DNA of 64,000 nt from an uncultured cyanobacterium (GTDB lineage Bacteria > Cyanobacteriota > Cyanobacteriia > Cyanobacteriales > CAWUOF01). The stretch is from positions 2,176,001 through 2,240,000 of the forward strand of contig CAVUSO010000001.1 in NCBI GenBank assembly GCA_963744145.1. Direction: 5' to 3'. A program made the translations under genes and the position numbers. Below are positions 52,681-63,114 of this stretch, piece after piece. Within the stretch, counting starts at the first letter, position 1. The number at the start of each line of letters is the position of its first letter. The notes below the pieces were generated by a model. The model did no database searches. It saw nothing but the letters and a program-made list of their open reading frames with translations, and was not told the DNA's origin.

Positions 52681-55600
52681 ATGACTAAACCCTTGCTCAG
52701 CGAATTGTCAAAAGTGCAAAAATTTACCAGACCATCAACCAAAAAAGTTGCCACAAATGCAACCCTAAATAGACAAAATTTCCAATATACAGACTGGATA
52801 GTTCAAGAAACGAGTTTTGAGCCGAAACGTTTACATCATCGCGAAACAGTATTCACTATTGGTAATGGCTATTTAGGTACTCGAGGTAGCTTTGAAGAAA
52901 GCTATGCTGGAGCTTGGCCAACTACCTTCATTCATGGTATTTATGATGATGTGCCAGTAGTACATACTGAACTAGCAAACTGTCCAGATTGGCTAGCATT
53001 GATTGTATTGATTGACGGCGATCGCTTCCGTTTAGATCGAGGCGAAATTGTCCAATATCAGCGTCAATTGGACTTAAAAAGAGGTTTGCTGAGTCGGTAT
53101 ATCCGCTGGCGCAATCAAGCTGGTCATACAGTAGATATATATTTTGAGCGTTTCGCTAGTCTAGCAGATCCTAATATTGCGGCGATCCGTTGTCAAGTGA
53201 CACCAATAGATTTTGAGGGTCTGATTGAAGTTCAGGCCAGTATTAACGGTTATCCTGATAACCAAGGTGTGCGACACTGGGAATGGCTTGATCAAGGAGC
53301 AACCGAGAAAACAGTTTGGCTCCATTCATGCACCCGTCATAGTGGGATAGAGTTATCAATGGCAACTCAACTCGAGGTAGTTGGTGTCAAAGATGTGAAA
53401 ATTGACATCAAAGGATGTCAAGGTTATCCCACGATCGCAGCTACTTTTCAGGGTAGACCAGGAGAGACAGTCACCCTAGACAAAATAGTGACGATCTTTA
53501 GCACTAGAGAAACCCCCACTCCCACTCAGATGGCTCAGGATAAACTAGCAGCGATCGCATCAAGCAACAGTGGTGAAACCTCATTTAACAGCCAAAACTC
53601 ACCCTACACCAGTTTACTCTCTGCCCACGAACAAGCTTGGGTAGAAGTGTGGGATGCTTGCGATGTGATCATTGAAGGTGATTTAACTGCTCAAATCGCC
53701 ATCCGCTATAATCTATTTCAATTAATCATCGCTGCACCTCGTCATGATGAACGAGTCAGTATCCCAGCCAAAACTCTATCTGGTTATGCTTATCGAGGGC
53801 ACATATTTTGGGATACAGAAATCTTTATTGTGCCCTTCCTCACTTATACCCAACCGCAAATAGCCCGCAATTTACTCACCTATCGTTATCACACTTTACC
53901 AGGAGCGCGACGCAAAGCCCAAGAATCTGGTTATCAGGGGGCTTTATTTCCTTGGGAAAGTGCTAACTCTGGTGATGAAGTTACTCCCCGTTGGGTTCCT
54001 GATGCTGCCGGAGGTAAGGATTTAATCCGGATTTGGTGTGGTGATATTGAATTACATATCACTAGCGATGTTGCTTATGCAGTTTGGCATTATTGGCAAG
54101 CTACTAATGATCATCAATGGATGCGAGACTATGGTGCAGAGTTAATGCTTGATACTGCGGTTTTTTGGGGTTGTCGAGTTGAACACAATCAAGAAAAAGA
54201 TCGCTATGAAATCCGCGATGTGATCGGTCCTGATGAATATCACGATCATGTCAATAATAATGCTTTTACCAATCGGATGGTGCAGTGGCATTTGTCCAAG
54301 GCACTTGCTACCCTAGAATGGCTCGGGCAAGAATATCCCGATCGCGCGGCTGAGTTAGTAGCACAGCTCAATTTAGGTGCAGAACGACTCAATCATTGGG
54401 CGGATATTATTCAAAAATTATGGATTTCCCAAGATCCTAAGACTGGATTAATTGAACAGTGCGAAGGTTTCTTTGACCTGAAAGATATTAATCTGGATGA
54501 TTATGAACCTCGCACTCGTTCCATGCAATCTCTCTTAGGGATTGAAGGAGCAAATGCAGTTCAGGTATTAAAGCAAGCTGATGTATTGATGCTTTTGTAT
54601 CTGTTGCAAGATCAGTACGATTTGCCGACTATCCAAGCAAATTGGAATTACTATAATCCGCGGACTGATCACACTTATGGCTCTTCCTTAGGTCCAGCAA
54701 TTCATGGGATTTTAGCTTGCGAAATGCAGCAGCCAGAAATTGGCTTTGAACACTTTATGCGAGCAGCATTAGTTGATCTTGAAGATGTGCGTGGGAATGC
54801 AGCTGAGGGAATTCATGCTGCTTCGGCTGGGGGTGTGTGGCAAGCAGCTGTTTTTGGTTTTGGTGGGATCAGCATCACCCCATCAGGATTAGTAGCTACA
54901 CCTCATTTACCTCCAGGATGGACTAGGCTTAAGTTTAAATTACAATGGCGTGGGAAACAGCACGAATTTGATTTTAATTCCGATGGTGAAAAGGGAATAT
55001 CAGTTATGATAAACGGAGAAGAATCAGCTCAATTGTTATTTAGTCATCCGACATTTCCTCCACCTTTACCAATTCTTGGAGTAATCTTTGATTTGGATGG
55101 TGTGTTAACCGATACGGCTGAATATCATTATTTAGCTTGGCAAAAATTAGCTGATGAAGAAGGGATTCCTTTTGATCGTCAAGCTAATGAAGGAATGCGT
55201 GGTGTAGCTAGAAGAGAATCACTTTTACAAATGTTAGGCGATCGCCAAGTTTCAGCCGCCAAATTCTCAGAAATGATGGAGCGGAAAAACCGTTATTATT
55301 TGGAATTAATTCAAGGGATTAGTCCGGTAAATTTGTTACCCGGTGCAAGGGAATTATTAGCAGATTTACGTCAAGCAGGAATTAAGATTGGGATTGGTTC
55401 TGCTAGTAAGAATGCTCGCGCAGTAATTCAACGTTTAGGAATTGCTGATCAAATTGATGCGATCGCTGATGGTTATAGTGTAGAAAAAGCAAAACCAGCT
55501 CCAGATTTATTTCTCTATGCTGCTAATTTGTTAGGACTACTACCTGTACAATGTGTCGTAGTAGAAGATGCTACGGTCGGAGTAGAAGCAGCTAAATTAG

Positions 55601-55716
55601 CTGGAATGTGGGCGATCGGTTTAGGTCCGGTGGAACGAGTCGGTGAAGCTGATCTGGTTTTACCTAGTTTAGCTGGAACAAGTTGGAGTTCTTTATTGAC
55701 GAAATTGATTAAGTAA
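52681..55716 (+). CDS. Glycoside hydrolase family 65 phosphorylase fused to beta-phosphoglucomutase (HAD)
   Basis: IGNGYLGTRG, YRGHIFWDTE, GPDEY, KQAD, then FDLDGVLTDT, KPAP, VEDA; ATG 52681 preferred. Confidence 0.92.
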   Translation: MTKPLLSELSKVQKFTRPSTKKVATNATLNRQNFQYTDWIVQETSFEPKRLHHRETVFTIGNGYLGTRGSFEESYAGAWPTTFIHGIYDDVPVVHTELANCPDWLALIVLIDGDRFRLDRGEIVQYQRQLDLKRGLLSRYIRWRNQAGHTVDIYFERFASLADPNIAAIRCQVTPIDFEGLIEVQASINGYPDNQGVRHWEWLDQGATEKTVWLHSCTRHSGIELSMATQLEVVGVKDVKIDIKGCQGYPTIAATFQGRPGETVTLDKIVTIFSTRETPTPTQMAQDKLAAIASSNSGETSFNSQNSPYTSLLSAHEQAWVEVWDACDVIIEGDLTAQIAIRYNLFQLIIAAPRHDERVSIPAKTLSGYAYRGHIFWDTEIFIVPFLTYTQPQIARNLLTYRYHTLPGARRKAQESGYQGALFPWESANSGDEVTPRWVPDAAGGKDLIRIWCGDIELHITSDVAYAVWHYWQATNDHQWMRDYGAELMLDTAVFWGCRVEHNQEKDRYEIRDVIGPDEYHDHVNNNAFTNRMVQWHLSKALATLEWLGQEYPDRAAELVAQLNLGAERLNHWADIIQKLWISQDPKTGLIEQCEGFFDLKDINLDDYEPRTRSMQSLLGIEGANAVQVLKQADVLMLLYLLQDQYDLPTIQANWNYYNPRTDHTYGSSLGPAIHGILACEMQQPEIGFEHFMRAALVDLEDVRGNAAEGIHAASAGGVWQAAVFGFGGISITPSGLVATPHLPPGWTRLKFKLQWRGKQHEFDFNSDGEKGISVMINGEESAQLLFSHPTFPPPLPILGVIFDLDGVLTDTAEYHYLAWQKLADEEGIPFDRQANEGMRGVARRESLLQMLGDRQVSAAKFSEMMERKNRYYLELIQGISPVNLLPGARELLADLRQAGIKIGIGSASKNARAVIQRLGIADQIDAIADGYSVEKAKPAPDLFLYAANLLGLLPVQCVVVEDATVGVEAAKLAGMWAIGLGPVERVGEADLVLPSLAGTSWSSLLTKLIK

Positions 55717-55737
55717 GTTTGACTAGACCAGAAAGCA

Positions 55738-55872
55738 AAAATAACTAGGACAGTCAAGATGACTGTCCCACAAAAGTCTTTTTCTGGTGGGTGGGACAGA
55801 CATCTTGTCTGTCCAGAGCTTGTCTGTCCAGAGCTTGTCTGTCCGATGGGGCGTGTTCTTTTGCGCCCCTAC
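55738..55872. repeat. Inverted pair of family B REPs, 15-bp tandem duplications and a degenerate GTAG-REP
   Basis: ggacagtcaagatgactgtcccac ... gtgggacagacatcttgtctgtcc (agagcttgtctgtcc)x2 ... ggggcg..cgcccctac. Confidence 0.8.
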
Positions 55873-55876
55873 CACA

Positions 55877-56158
55877 TTAATTCGCAGGATTATCCCCTTG
55901 ATTTCGCTGGTTGAAAAGCAGATCAAGTAGACGAATTGTTTCTGTTCTCAAACCGATAATTTGTTCTTGTTGTTGATCAAATTTGGCAAATAACTGATCC
56001 ATCCTGGTGAATAACTGTTCCCGTTCTTCTCTTGCTTCTACTGCCACATTAGTTAATGCTTGGATTACACGGGCATTACTTTCGGCGATTTTAGCTATGC
56101 TCTCTAGCCGATCGCCCAAACGATCTAATCGCTCATCATCCCAGCGTTGTGTAGTCAT
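55877..56158 (-). CDS. Small coiled-coil hypothetical protein
   Basis: MTTQRWDDERLDRL..., GGAG RBS upstream. Confidence 0.7.
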   Translation of the reverse strand: MTTQRWDDERLDRLGDRLESIAKIAESNARVIQALTNVAVEAREEREQLFTRMDQLFAKFDQQQEQIIGLRTETIRLLDLLFNQRNQGDNPAN

Positions 56159-56197
56159 CAATTTTTCTCCTTTAATTATCTAGAATAAATTAGCTTT

Positions 56198-56620
56198 TCA
56201 ATAACGCCAATAAGGACGACCTTTCCAAAATATGCCCAGAGCCATCCCTACTAATGTATATCGAGATAAATCTATTAGCGTGCTGGGCAGCTTAAATAGT
56301 TCTTTGATAATTAAACCTAATAGCAAGTATAGTAATAAACCCCAGAGAATAGAAGTATTAATATATACTTGTGGTTGGAAACGCTCTAGTAAATAAACTG
56401 CTAAAGCACCTACTCCGATTCCCAGAATAATGGGCATCAATAAAGCTAATGGACCCGAAAATAGGATTGCTAGAGTATTATGGATCACAAATACATGATT
56501 GTAACCCAAATATAAAAATGTTTCTACTCCGAAAATAATTAGATGAGTAGCTAGAGAAATTTTGAGCAGCGATCGCCAAGGTAACCGTTGAAACCAACGC
56601 TTAGGATTATACATCTTCAA
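56198..56620 (-). CDS. Hypothetical membrane protein
   Basis: Four hydrophobic segments, ends FWKGRPYWRY. Confidence 0.7.
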   Translation of the reverse strand: MKMYNPKRWFQRLPWRSLLKISLATHLIIFGVETFLYLGYNHVFVIHNTLAILFSGPLALLMPIILGIGVGALAVYLLERFQPQVYINTSILWGLLLYLLLGLIIKELFKLPSTLIDLSRYTLVGMALGIFWKGRPYWRY

Positions 56621-56697
56621 GTTGGGTAGGGTGGAATCTCCATTATAGCAAAAATGTTAATAGCGCCCAAATAGCTAGGATTTAGGCACTTACACAT

Positions 56698-57666
56698 TTA
56701 ATTGTTATTGCAATTCACAATTTCGACTGGTTCAAAATCTTTAAACAGTGGTGTACTTAGGTAACGTTCACCAAAACTGGGCTGGATCATGACAATCAAA
56801 AGACCTGCATTTTCTGGACGTCGAGCTACTCTAATTGCTGCACCTAAAGCAGCACCAGACGAAATTCCTGATAGTAATCCTTCTTCCCGAGCCAGACGAC
56901 GACTATAGTACATTGCTTCTTCATCAGCAATAGTAACTATTTCATCAATCAAATCTCTCCGGAGAATGTCGGGAATAAACCCAGCACCAATCCCTTGAAT
57001 TTTATGCGGTCCTGGTTTACCTCCAGAGAGGACGGGACTATTGACTGGTTCAACTGCGATCGCTCGAAAACTCGGTTTACGTGCTTTGAGGACTTCTGCT
57101 ATTCCGGTAATTGTTCCTCCTGTACCGACTCCTGAGATCAAAATATCTACTTGTCCATCCGTATCAGCCCAAATTTCTTCAGCGGTAGTTTCCCGATGAA
57201 CTTTGGGATTAGCGGGATTACGAAATTGTTGTAGGACAAAGGAGTTAGGAGTAGCAGCAGCTATTTCTTCCGCCCGATTGATCGCTCCGCGCATTCCTTC
57301 TGAGCCTGGAGTTAATTCTAATTTAGCACCATAAGCTTTGAGCATAGCTCGACGTTCCGCACTCATGGTTTCGGGCATAGTTAAAATTAACTGATAACCT
57401 TTAGCCGCAGCAACCATTGCTAAAGCAATTCCTGTATTCCCCGAAGTTGGTTCAATTAAAATTGTTTTTCCAGGTTGAATTAATCCTTCATCTTCAGCTA
57501 CTTGAATCATGCTGACACCAATCCGGTCTTTCACTGAAGCAGCTGGATTCATTCCTTCGAGCTTGACCACAATTCGAGCTACACATCCTTCAGCAGCAGG
57601 AATTTTATTCAATTGAACTAGGGGAGTCTTCCCTACTAATTCAGTTATATCTTGTGCAATTCGCAT
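56698..57666 (-). CDS. cysK: Cysteine synthase A
   Basis: SVKDR (PLP lysine), [20 protein letters not shown]. Confidence 0.97.
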   Translation of the reverse strand: MRIAQDITELVGKTPLVQLNKIPAAEGCVARIVVKLEGMNPAASVKDRIGVSMIQVAEDEGLIQPGKTILIEPTSGNTGIALAMVAAAKGYQLILTMPETMSAERRAMLKAYGAKLELTPGSEGMRGAINRAEEIAAATPNSFVLQQFRNPANPKVHRETTAEEIWADTDGQVDILISGVGTGGTITGIAEVLKARKPSFRAIAVEPVNSPVLSGGKPGPHKIQGIGAGFIPDILRRDLIDEIVTIADEEAMYYSRRLAREEGLLSGISSGAALGAAIRVARRPENAGLLIVMIQPSFGERYLSTPLFKDFEPVEIVNCNNN

Positions 57667-57685
57667 CTTTTCCCTCCTGAATGAA

Positions 57686-58123
57686 CTAAATTTGGTATGT
57701 GAAATTCACGCCTTCACCATTATCCATTTTTTGACAGAGATCCTGTAATGTATAGTCTTGCCAAACCGCGATCGCTTTTTGTTGAGATTCTTGCCAGATC
57801 TCTTGTAATAAGGAACTTTCTAAAGATCGAGGGGGTAATTGACCATCTTGTTTGTGGCTGGGAGTTCCCTCGAGACAAGTAATTACTTCCCAAAGTGTAA
57901 TCTGTTCGGGAGCGCGAGCTAAAACATAACCACCTTTAGCACCTCGTTGAGAACGAACTAAGCCACATTGTCGCAGACTCATAAATAATTGGGCCAAATA
58001 GCGATCGGGAATTTGCTGATCAGTCGCAATTTGCTCTATTTGGAGGAATTTTCCCTGTTGATTGTGCCGGGTTAGTTCCAGCAGAGCCACTAAAGCATAT
58101 TTCACTTTCGCGGAAATTTCCAT
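57686..58123 (-). CDS. Rrf2 family regulator (CymR-like)
   Basis: [23 protein letters not shown]; lacks the IscR three-Cys motif; directly upstream of cysK. Confidence 0.88.
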   Translation of the reverse strand: MEISAKVKYALVALLELTRHNQQGKFLQIEQIATDQQIPDRYLAQLFMSLRQCGLVRSQRGAKGGYVLARAPEQITLWEVITCLEGTPSHKQDGQLPPRSLESSLLQEIWQESQQKAIAVWQDYTLQDLCQKMDNGEGVNFTYQI

Positions 58124-58281
58124 GCTTATGTCCCGAGCTAATGACCTTAATCGATAGGAAATCAATTCCTTATACCACGGATTATAATATACTACTGTTA
58201 TCCGCTAGATTTTTTGTAGTTTAGGCAACACTGAGTCCAAATCTTTGGTAGACATATAGCCCAATGTTTGGGCTACCCTTT

Positions 58282-58314
58282 GTGGGACAGTCATCTTGAC
58301 TGTCCTAGTTATTT
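58282..58314 (+). repeat. Family B REP copy
   Basis: gtgggacagtcatcttgactgtcctagttattt. Confidence 0.8.
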
Positions 58315-58465
58315 TGGTAAGAAGTCTTGTCACCCAAGATTTTTGCAGAAATTCTAAATTTTATTAAATTTTAATACAGTATCTCGACCAACTTACCGTA
58401 TATTATTTAGGATAAATCAAATTTCCATTGCCAAATACCTAGGTTTAATCCTCAATTATTTAGTC

Positions 58466-59200
58466 GTGTTAAAAAATTTATTGAGTGAGTTCGAGATTAT
58501 TTTCCAGCGTGACCCTGCTGCCCACAACTGGTTAGAAGTGCTATTCTGCTATCCTGGGTTACACGCGATCTTGTGTCATCGAATTTCCCATTGGCTATAC
58601 TTGCGAAAAATCCCCTTGATCCCAAGATTAATGTCCCACGTCAGTCGTCTGTTTACTGGGATTGAAATCCATCCAGGAGCCCAAATTGGTCAAGGTGTGT
58701 TTATTGATCATGGTCATGGGGTGGTCATTGGGGAAACAGCAATCATCGGTGATTTTGCGCTAATTTATCAAGGAGTTACCCTGGGGGGGACAGGGAAAGA
58801 AACTGGTAAACGTCATCCCACGATCGGACAAAATGCGATCATTGGAGCTGGGGCTAAAGTTTTAGGTAATATCAACGTGGGAGATCATGTGCGGATTGGA
58901 GCTGGCTCAGTAATTCTGCGAGATATACCTTCTAATTGTACTGTGGTGGGGATTCCTGGGAGAATTGTCAATCGTCAAGTTAAACCAGAAGATCCCTTAG
59001 ATCACGGGAGCTTACCTGATACTGAAGCACAAGTGATTAGAAGCTTAATCGATCGAATTAAATCCTTAGAGCAGGAAGTTGAGCGTTTAAAAACCAAATC
59101 ACCCGTACCTGTAGGGATAAAATATCAGACCCATACTTCAGATTGGAAAGACTCGTCTAATCTGCTGATTAAAGATTTTCTAGATGGAGCGGGAATTTAG
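58466..59200 (+). CDS. cysE: Serine O-acetyltransferase
   Basis: RDPAA, GIEIHPGA, FIDHG, TLGGTGKE.GKRHP. Confidence 0.96.
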   Translation: MLKNLLSEFEIIFQRDPAAHNWLEVLFCYPGLHAILCHRISHWLYLRKIPLIPRLMSHVSRLFTGIEIHPGAQIGQGVFIDHGHGVVIGETAIIGDFALIYQGVTLGGTGKETGKRHPTIGQNAIIGAGAKVLGNINVGDHVRIGAGSVILRDIPSNCTVVGIPGRIVNRQVKPEDPLDHGSLPDTEAQVIRSLIDRIKSLEQEVERLKTKSPVPVGIKYQTHTSDWKDSSNLLIKDFLDGAGI

Positions 59201-59263
59201 TTTTTGGCAAAATTCTCAATTTTCTATTGTTAACTGAATTTTATTGCAGTACCGTCCTAAATT

Positions 59264-59857
59264 ATGACTATTTCCCCAGTTTTACCACCACATTTTTCCG
59301 AACTAATTCAACAGAAATTTAAGCGTCGTGTTCTGATCCCACTAAGACAAGATTGCTTATGGAAAATTGAAACTGGGGTTGTCCGGACTTTAACATGGAG
59401 AGAAGATGGTACGGTGATTACCTTGGGATTGTGGGGTCCGGGGGATATTGTGGGTAAAATTCTTTCCCACACTGATCCTTATCAAATTGAATGTATGACG
59501 GAAGTACAAGCATCAGTATTACCTCGAGAAAAATGGGGACAAGCTATAGATGCTTTCATTTTACAAATACAGCGTTGTGGAGAATTAATGGAAATTTTGC
59601 ACAATAGTAGACAAGCGGACTATTCGATTTTGCAATTATTTAATTGGTTAGCTAAACGTTTCGGTCAGGATGTGGAACAAGGACAATTAATTAATTTGCG
59701 TTTAACTCATCAAGAAATTGGTGAAATCATCGGTTTAAATCGCGTCACAGTTACCAGACTACTTAATAATTTTGAAAAACAAGGAGTTATTCAGAAAAAA
59801 CATAGTCGATTTATCCTAGTTCAGGAACAATCTCCTTTCTGGCACTATGAAATTTAA
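59264..59857 (+). CDS. Crp/Fnr family regulator (CysR-like)
   Basis: LGLWGPGD, LTHQEI...G..RVTVTRLL helix-turn-helix; lies in the cysteine cluster. Confidence 0.88.
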   Translation: MTISPVLPPHFSELIQQKFKRRVLIPLRQDCLWKIETGVVRTLTWREDGTVITLGLWGPGDIVGKILSHTDPYQIECMTEVQASVLPREKWGQAIDAFILQIQRCGELMEILHNSRQADYSILQLFNWLAKRFGQDVEQGQLINLRLTHQEIGEIIGLNRVTVTRLLNNFEKQGVIQKKHSRFILVQEQSPFWHYEI

Positions 59858-59892
59858 TCTCTAAATGTTGAATTTCTAGCTAGCAGTACCAA

Positions 59893-60417
59893 TTATTGAT
59901 TTAGCCAAAAAAAACCACCCAGGATGATGATTATTCCCATCAAAGCAATCCAAATAAAGCGATTATCTGCTGGTTTAACTTGATCTAAATTAATTGGTTG
60001 AAGTTCAAAAGATGGAGGTGATTGCTGATTTTTGGTCGAGGGAGAACTAATTTGAGCTGGTTTGGTATCACTACCATCTAAAGCTGTTAAATCTGGAATT
60101 TGAGTTAAACATTCTGGACGGGATTTTAGTCTTGGTGCTTCTAAAATATAAAGCAAGTTACGACTTTGTTGACGAGTATCTAAATGGGGATGACGAGTTA
60201 ATTTTTTGCACAGCGCGATCGCTTCTGGGTGCTGGTTAGCTGCATCATAAGCTGTCACTAACCACATTTGGACTTCTCCTCCTAAGCTGGAACCTTGTCC
60301 CACGATCGCGGTTGCTGCTTCTAAATGATCTACTGCTTTTTGATATTCACCCCGCTCAAAAGCAGATTTTCCCGCTTGGTATTCGATTTGAAAGGTGTCT
60401 AAGTTATCTGAATTCAC
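59893..60417 (-). CDS. TPR-like protein with C-terminal membrane anchor
   Basis: AFERGEY..A, EVQMWLVTAY, hydrophobic C-terminus. Confidence 0.75.
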   Translation of the reverse strand: MNSDNLDTFQIEYQAGKSAFERGEYQKAVDHLEAATAIVGQGSSLGGEVQMWLVTAYDAANQHPEAIALCKKLTRHPHLDTRQQSRNLLYILEAPRLKSRPECLTQIPDLTALDGSDTKPAQISSPSTKNQQSPPSFELQPINLDQVKPADNRFIWIALMGIIIILGGFFWLNQ

Positions 60418-60495
60418 TTGGATTTACTGATCTAGCCAAATTTAATAAAATAGTTTATCCTGAATGTCAAGAGCCAAATATAAAATTTCTATAAA

Positions 60496-61005
60496 TTGAT
60501 TGGATGTGAAATTATGTCAAGGATCATAAACTACCTCCCTAGTTCTCTGAAATTTTGGTTAACGGTGGGAGTTACCCTATTTACTACTAATGTTGCAGTT
60601 TCTCCTGTTTATGGAAATCCTGTAATAACTAGACAATATCCTATTACTCAAATACCTGCAAGCACTACGCTCTACTATGGTGGTTCACCAGTTTACTATC
60701 AACCCATTACTCAAATACCTGCAAGCACTACGCTCTACTATGGTGGTTCACCAGTTTACTATCAACCCAATGCTGTCCCTTCTGTGATTACCGTACCCTG
60801 TCCGTCTGGTTATGAGAATTCTGGATGGTATCATCGTCACAGAAGTGTGAGAAATGTGATTATCATTAATCCGACCGTAGTAGAGTCACAAACTGATACG
60901 GTAACGATCGTTAATCCTGTAGTTATTGATAATACTAACCAGGACTTGAGCCGATCGCAAGTAATTGTCAATCCTCCGAGTGCTACTGATCCTTGGAGCA
61001 AATAA
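60496..61005 (+). CDS. Hypothetical secreted protein with a 63-bp tandem duplication (60640-60765)
   Basis: PITQIPASTTLYYGGSPVYYQ x2; signal-like N-terminus. Confidence 0.6.
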   Translation: MIGCEIMSRIINYLPSSLKFWLTVGVTLFTTNVAVSPVYGNPVITRQYPITQIPASTTLYYGGSPVYYQPITQIPASTTLYYGGSPVYYQPNAVPSVITVPCPSGYENSGWYHRHRSVRNVIIINPTVVESQTDTVTIVNPVVIDNTNQDLSRSQVIVNPPSATDPWSK

Positions 61006-61020
61006 ACAATGACAGTTCAT

Positions 61021-61050
61021 AAAGGGGGTAGATTGATTTTACCCCCTCTT
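61021..61050. terminator. Hairpin between convergent genes
   Basis: agggggta ... taccccct. Confidence 0.45.
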
Positions 61051-61055
61051 GATTG

Positions 61056-61964
61056 CTACTTGAGTGAGGAAATGAATTCCGAAGCGACAATCATTGACCC
61101 AATCCCAGCATCTGTAAATATTTCCAACAACAGCGCATGGGGAATACGACCGTCAATGATATGAGTAGCATGGACACCTTGAGCGAGACTCCGAACACAA
61201 CAGTTAACCTTGGGAATCATTCCTCCAGAAACGATTCCATTTTGAATCAACTCTCGAGCTTCCTGGATGTCTAATTTAGCAATTAAGGTAGAAGGATCTT
61301 TAAAATCCTTCAAAATTCCAGCAGTATCAGTCAATAAAATCAACTTTTCTGCTCCTAAAGCCGCAGCAATTTCACCAGCTACAGTATCAGCGTTAATATT
61401 ATAAGCTTGACCAGTTTCATCGGCGGCTACACTAGAGACAACTGGAATATAGCCATTATTGACCAAAGATTGTAAGAGTTGGATCTTGACGCTGCTTACT
61501 TCCCCCACAAAGCCAATATCTTCTTGACCCTGGGGACGTGCTTTAATTAAATTACCATCCTTACCGCACAGACCAACTGCTAGACCGCCAGCTTGATTAA
61601 TTAAAGCGACAATCTCTTTATTTACTCGACCAACTAAGACCATTTCTACCACATCCATGGTAGCAGCATCTGTTACCCGTAGACCATTTTTAAATTGGGG
61701 TGCAATTCCCAGTTTATCCAACCAACTATTAATTTCTGGACCTCCACCGTGAACTAGCACTGGACGTAATCCGACACAAGCTAGAAAAACCACATCGCGC
61801 ATGACCTTATCTTTAAGGTTACTGTCTTTCATCGCAGCACCACCATACTTGACGACCACCGTCCGACCAGCAAATTGTTGGATGTAGGGTAGAGCTTCGC
61901 TTAATACCCGGACCCGAGTCGCTTCAGCTTTTTCGAGATATTCTTTTTCGCTAACCATGGGCAC
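61056..61964 (-). CDS. argB: Acetylglutamate kinase
   Basis: [33 protein letters not shown]. Confidence 0.97.
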   Translation of the reverse strand: MPMVSEKEYLEKAEATRVRVLSEALPYIQQFAGRTVVVKYGGAAMKDSNLKDKVMRDVVFLACVGLRPVLVHGGGPEINSWLDKLGIAPQFKNGLRVTDAATMDVVEMVLVGRVNKEIVALINQAGGLAVGLCGKDGNLIKARPQGQEDIGFVGEVSSVKIQLLQSLVNNGYIPVVSSVAADETGQAYNINADTVAGEIAAALGAEKLILLTDTAGILKDFKDPSTLIAKLDIQEARELIQNGIVSGGMIPKVNCCVRSLAQGVHATHIIDGRIPHALLLEIFTDAGIGSMIVASEFISSLK

Positions 61965-62048
61965 CTGAAATACTATAATTGCAATCTGAATGGAGTCTAA
62001 ATGAGCTTGGCATTTTCAACTATGTCAACGAACACACTTTTCTATTGT

Positions 62049-62618
62049 CTAATTTGATGCAGAAATAGAATGGATATCTGGTTTAAGAACTTTGGGAATT
62101 TCGCTCATTACTAATGCTGCTACTGTTTCTGGGGTTTGTCCCGCTTCAATCCTAATCCGGATATCAGCTTGAGCATAGAGGGGACTACGACTTGCTAAAA
62201 GCGATCGCAGTTTGGCTTGGGGATCTGGATCTTTTAATAATGGTCTCGTGGTATCTTCAAGTAAACGAGCATATAGTTGTTCTAAGGGAACATCTAACCA
62301 AACCACAATCCCGTGGTGGAGATAACTCCAGTTGTGTCTTGCTAAAACTATCCCACCACCTGTCGCGATCGCTAATTTGGTATAAGCTGATAACTCAGCT
62401 AAGACTTTTGACTCCATCTCTCGAAATTTCGCTTCTCCAGCTTGGGCAAAAATCTCACTAATTGATTGACCCGCGATTTTTTCAATCAGGATATCTGTAT
62501 CAAAAAAACGATAACCTAGATGTGGGGCTAACAATTGCCCCACAGTAGTTTTTCCAGCACCCATCATCCCGATTAAATAAAGATTAACTCCCTTTAAGTA
62601 ATTCACCTTAATTACCAA
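62049..62618 (-). CDS. aroK: Shikimate kinase
   Basis: GMMGAGKTT, GE..FR..E, ATGGG, RPLL. Confidence 0.95.
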   Translation of the reverse strand: MVIKVNYLKGVNLYLIGMMGAGKTTVGQLLAPHLGYRFFDTDILIEKIAGQSISEIFAQAGEAKFREMESKVLAELSAYTKLAIATGGGIVLARHNWSYLHHGIVVWLDVPLEQLYARLLEDTTRPLLKDPDPQAKLRSLLASRSPLYAQADIRIRIEAGQTPETVAALVMSEIPKVLKPDIHSISASN

Positions 62619-62808
62619 AAATTAATCAAATGTTTTTTACCACAACATTTCCCTGTCGCTGTCTTCTATTCATATCACACTAATTTGCCAAAATTATATA
62701 TGTCCATTGATTAATATGACCGATTTGCCGATCGCCAAAGTTAAGTTTTACATCAGGTAAAAATAGTGACATACTAGGTGTCTTGACCTAATTCACTACT
62801 TTACCAAC

Positions 62809-63063
62809 ATGGACTATATTAGTATAATTGGCTTTGCCGCAGCTACCTTAACTACAACTGCTTTTTTACCACAGTTGAGGAAAACCTGGAAAACCAAATC
62901 AGCAGGAGATGTATCGATCGAAATGTTGATTGCTTTTTCGACAGGAACTTTTTTGTGGTTAATTTATGGTCTTTATTTGCAAGCAATACCCGTTGTGGTG
63001 GCTAATTTTTTTACATTGGTGTTTAATTTAATTATTTTATTTCTCAAATTAAAATATAAATGA
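62809..63063 (+). CDS. SemiSWEET sugar transporter
   Basis: 84 aa, three transmembrane helices, AFLPQ, LWLIYG, ANFFT. Confidence 0.9.
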   Translation: MDYISIIGFAAATLTTTAFLPQLRKTWKTKSAGDVSIEMLIAFSTGTFLWLIYGLYLQAIPVVVANFFTLVFNLIILFLKLKYK

Positions 63064-63114
63064 ACAAATATTTGGCAATCAACCTCATGATCTGTTTCAC
63101 TACTGGGAGTCAGG

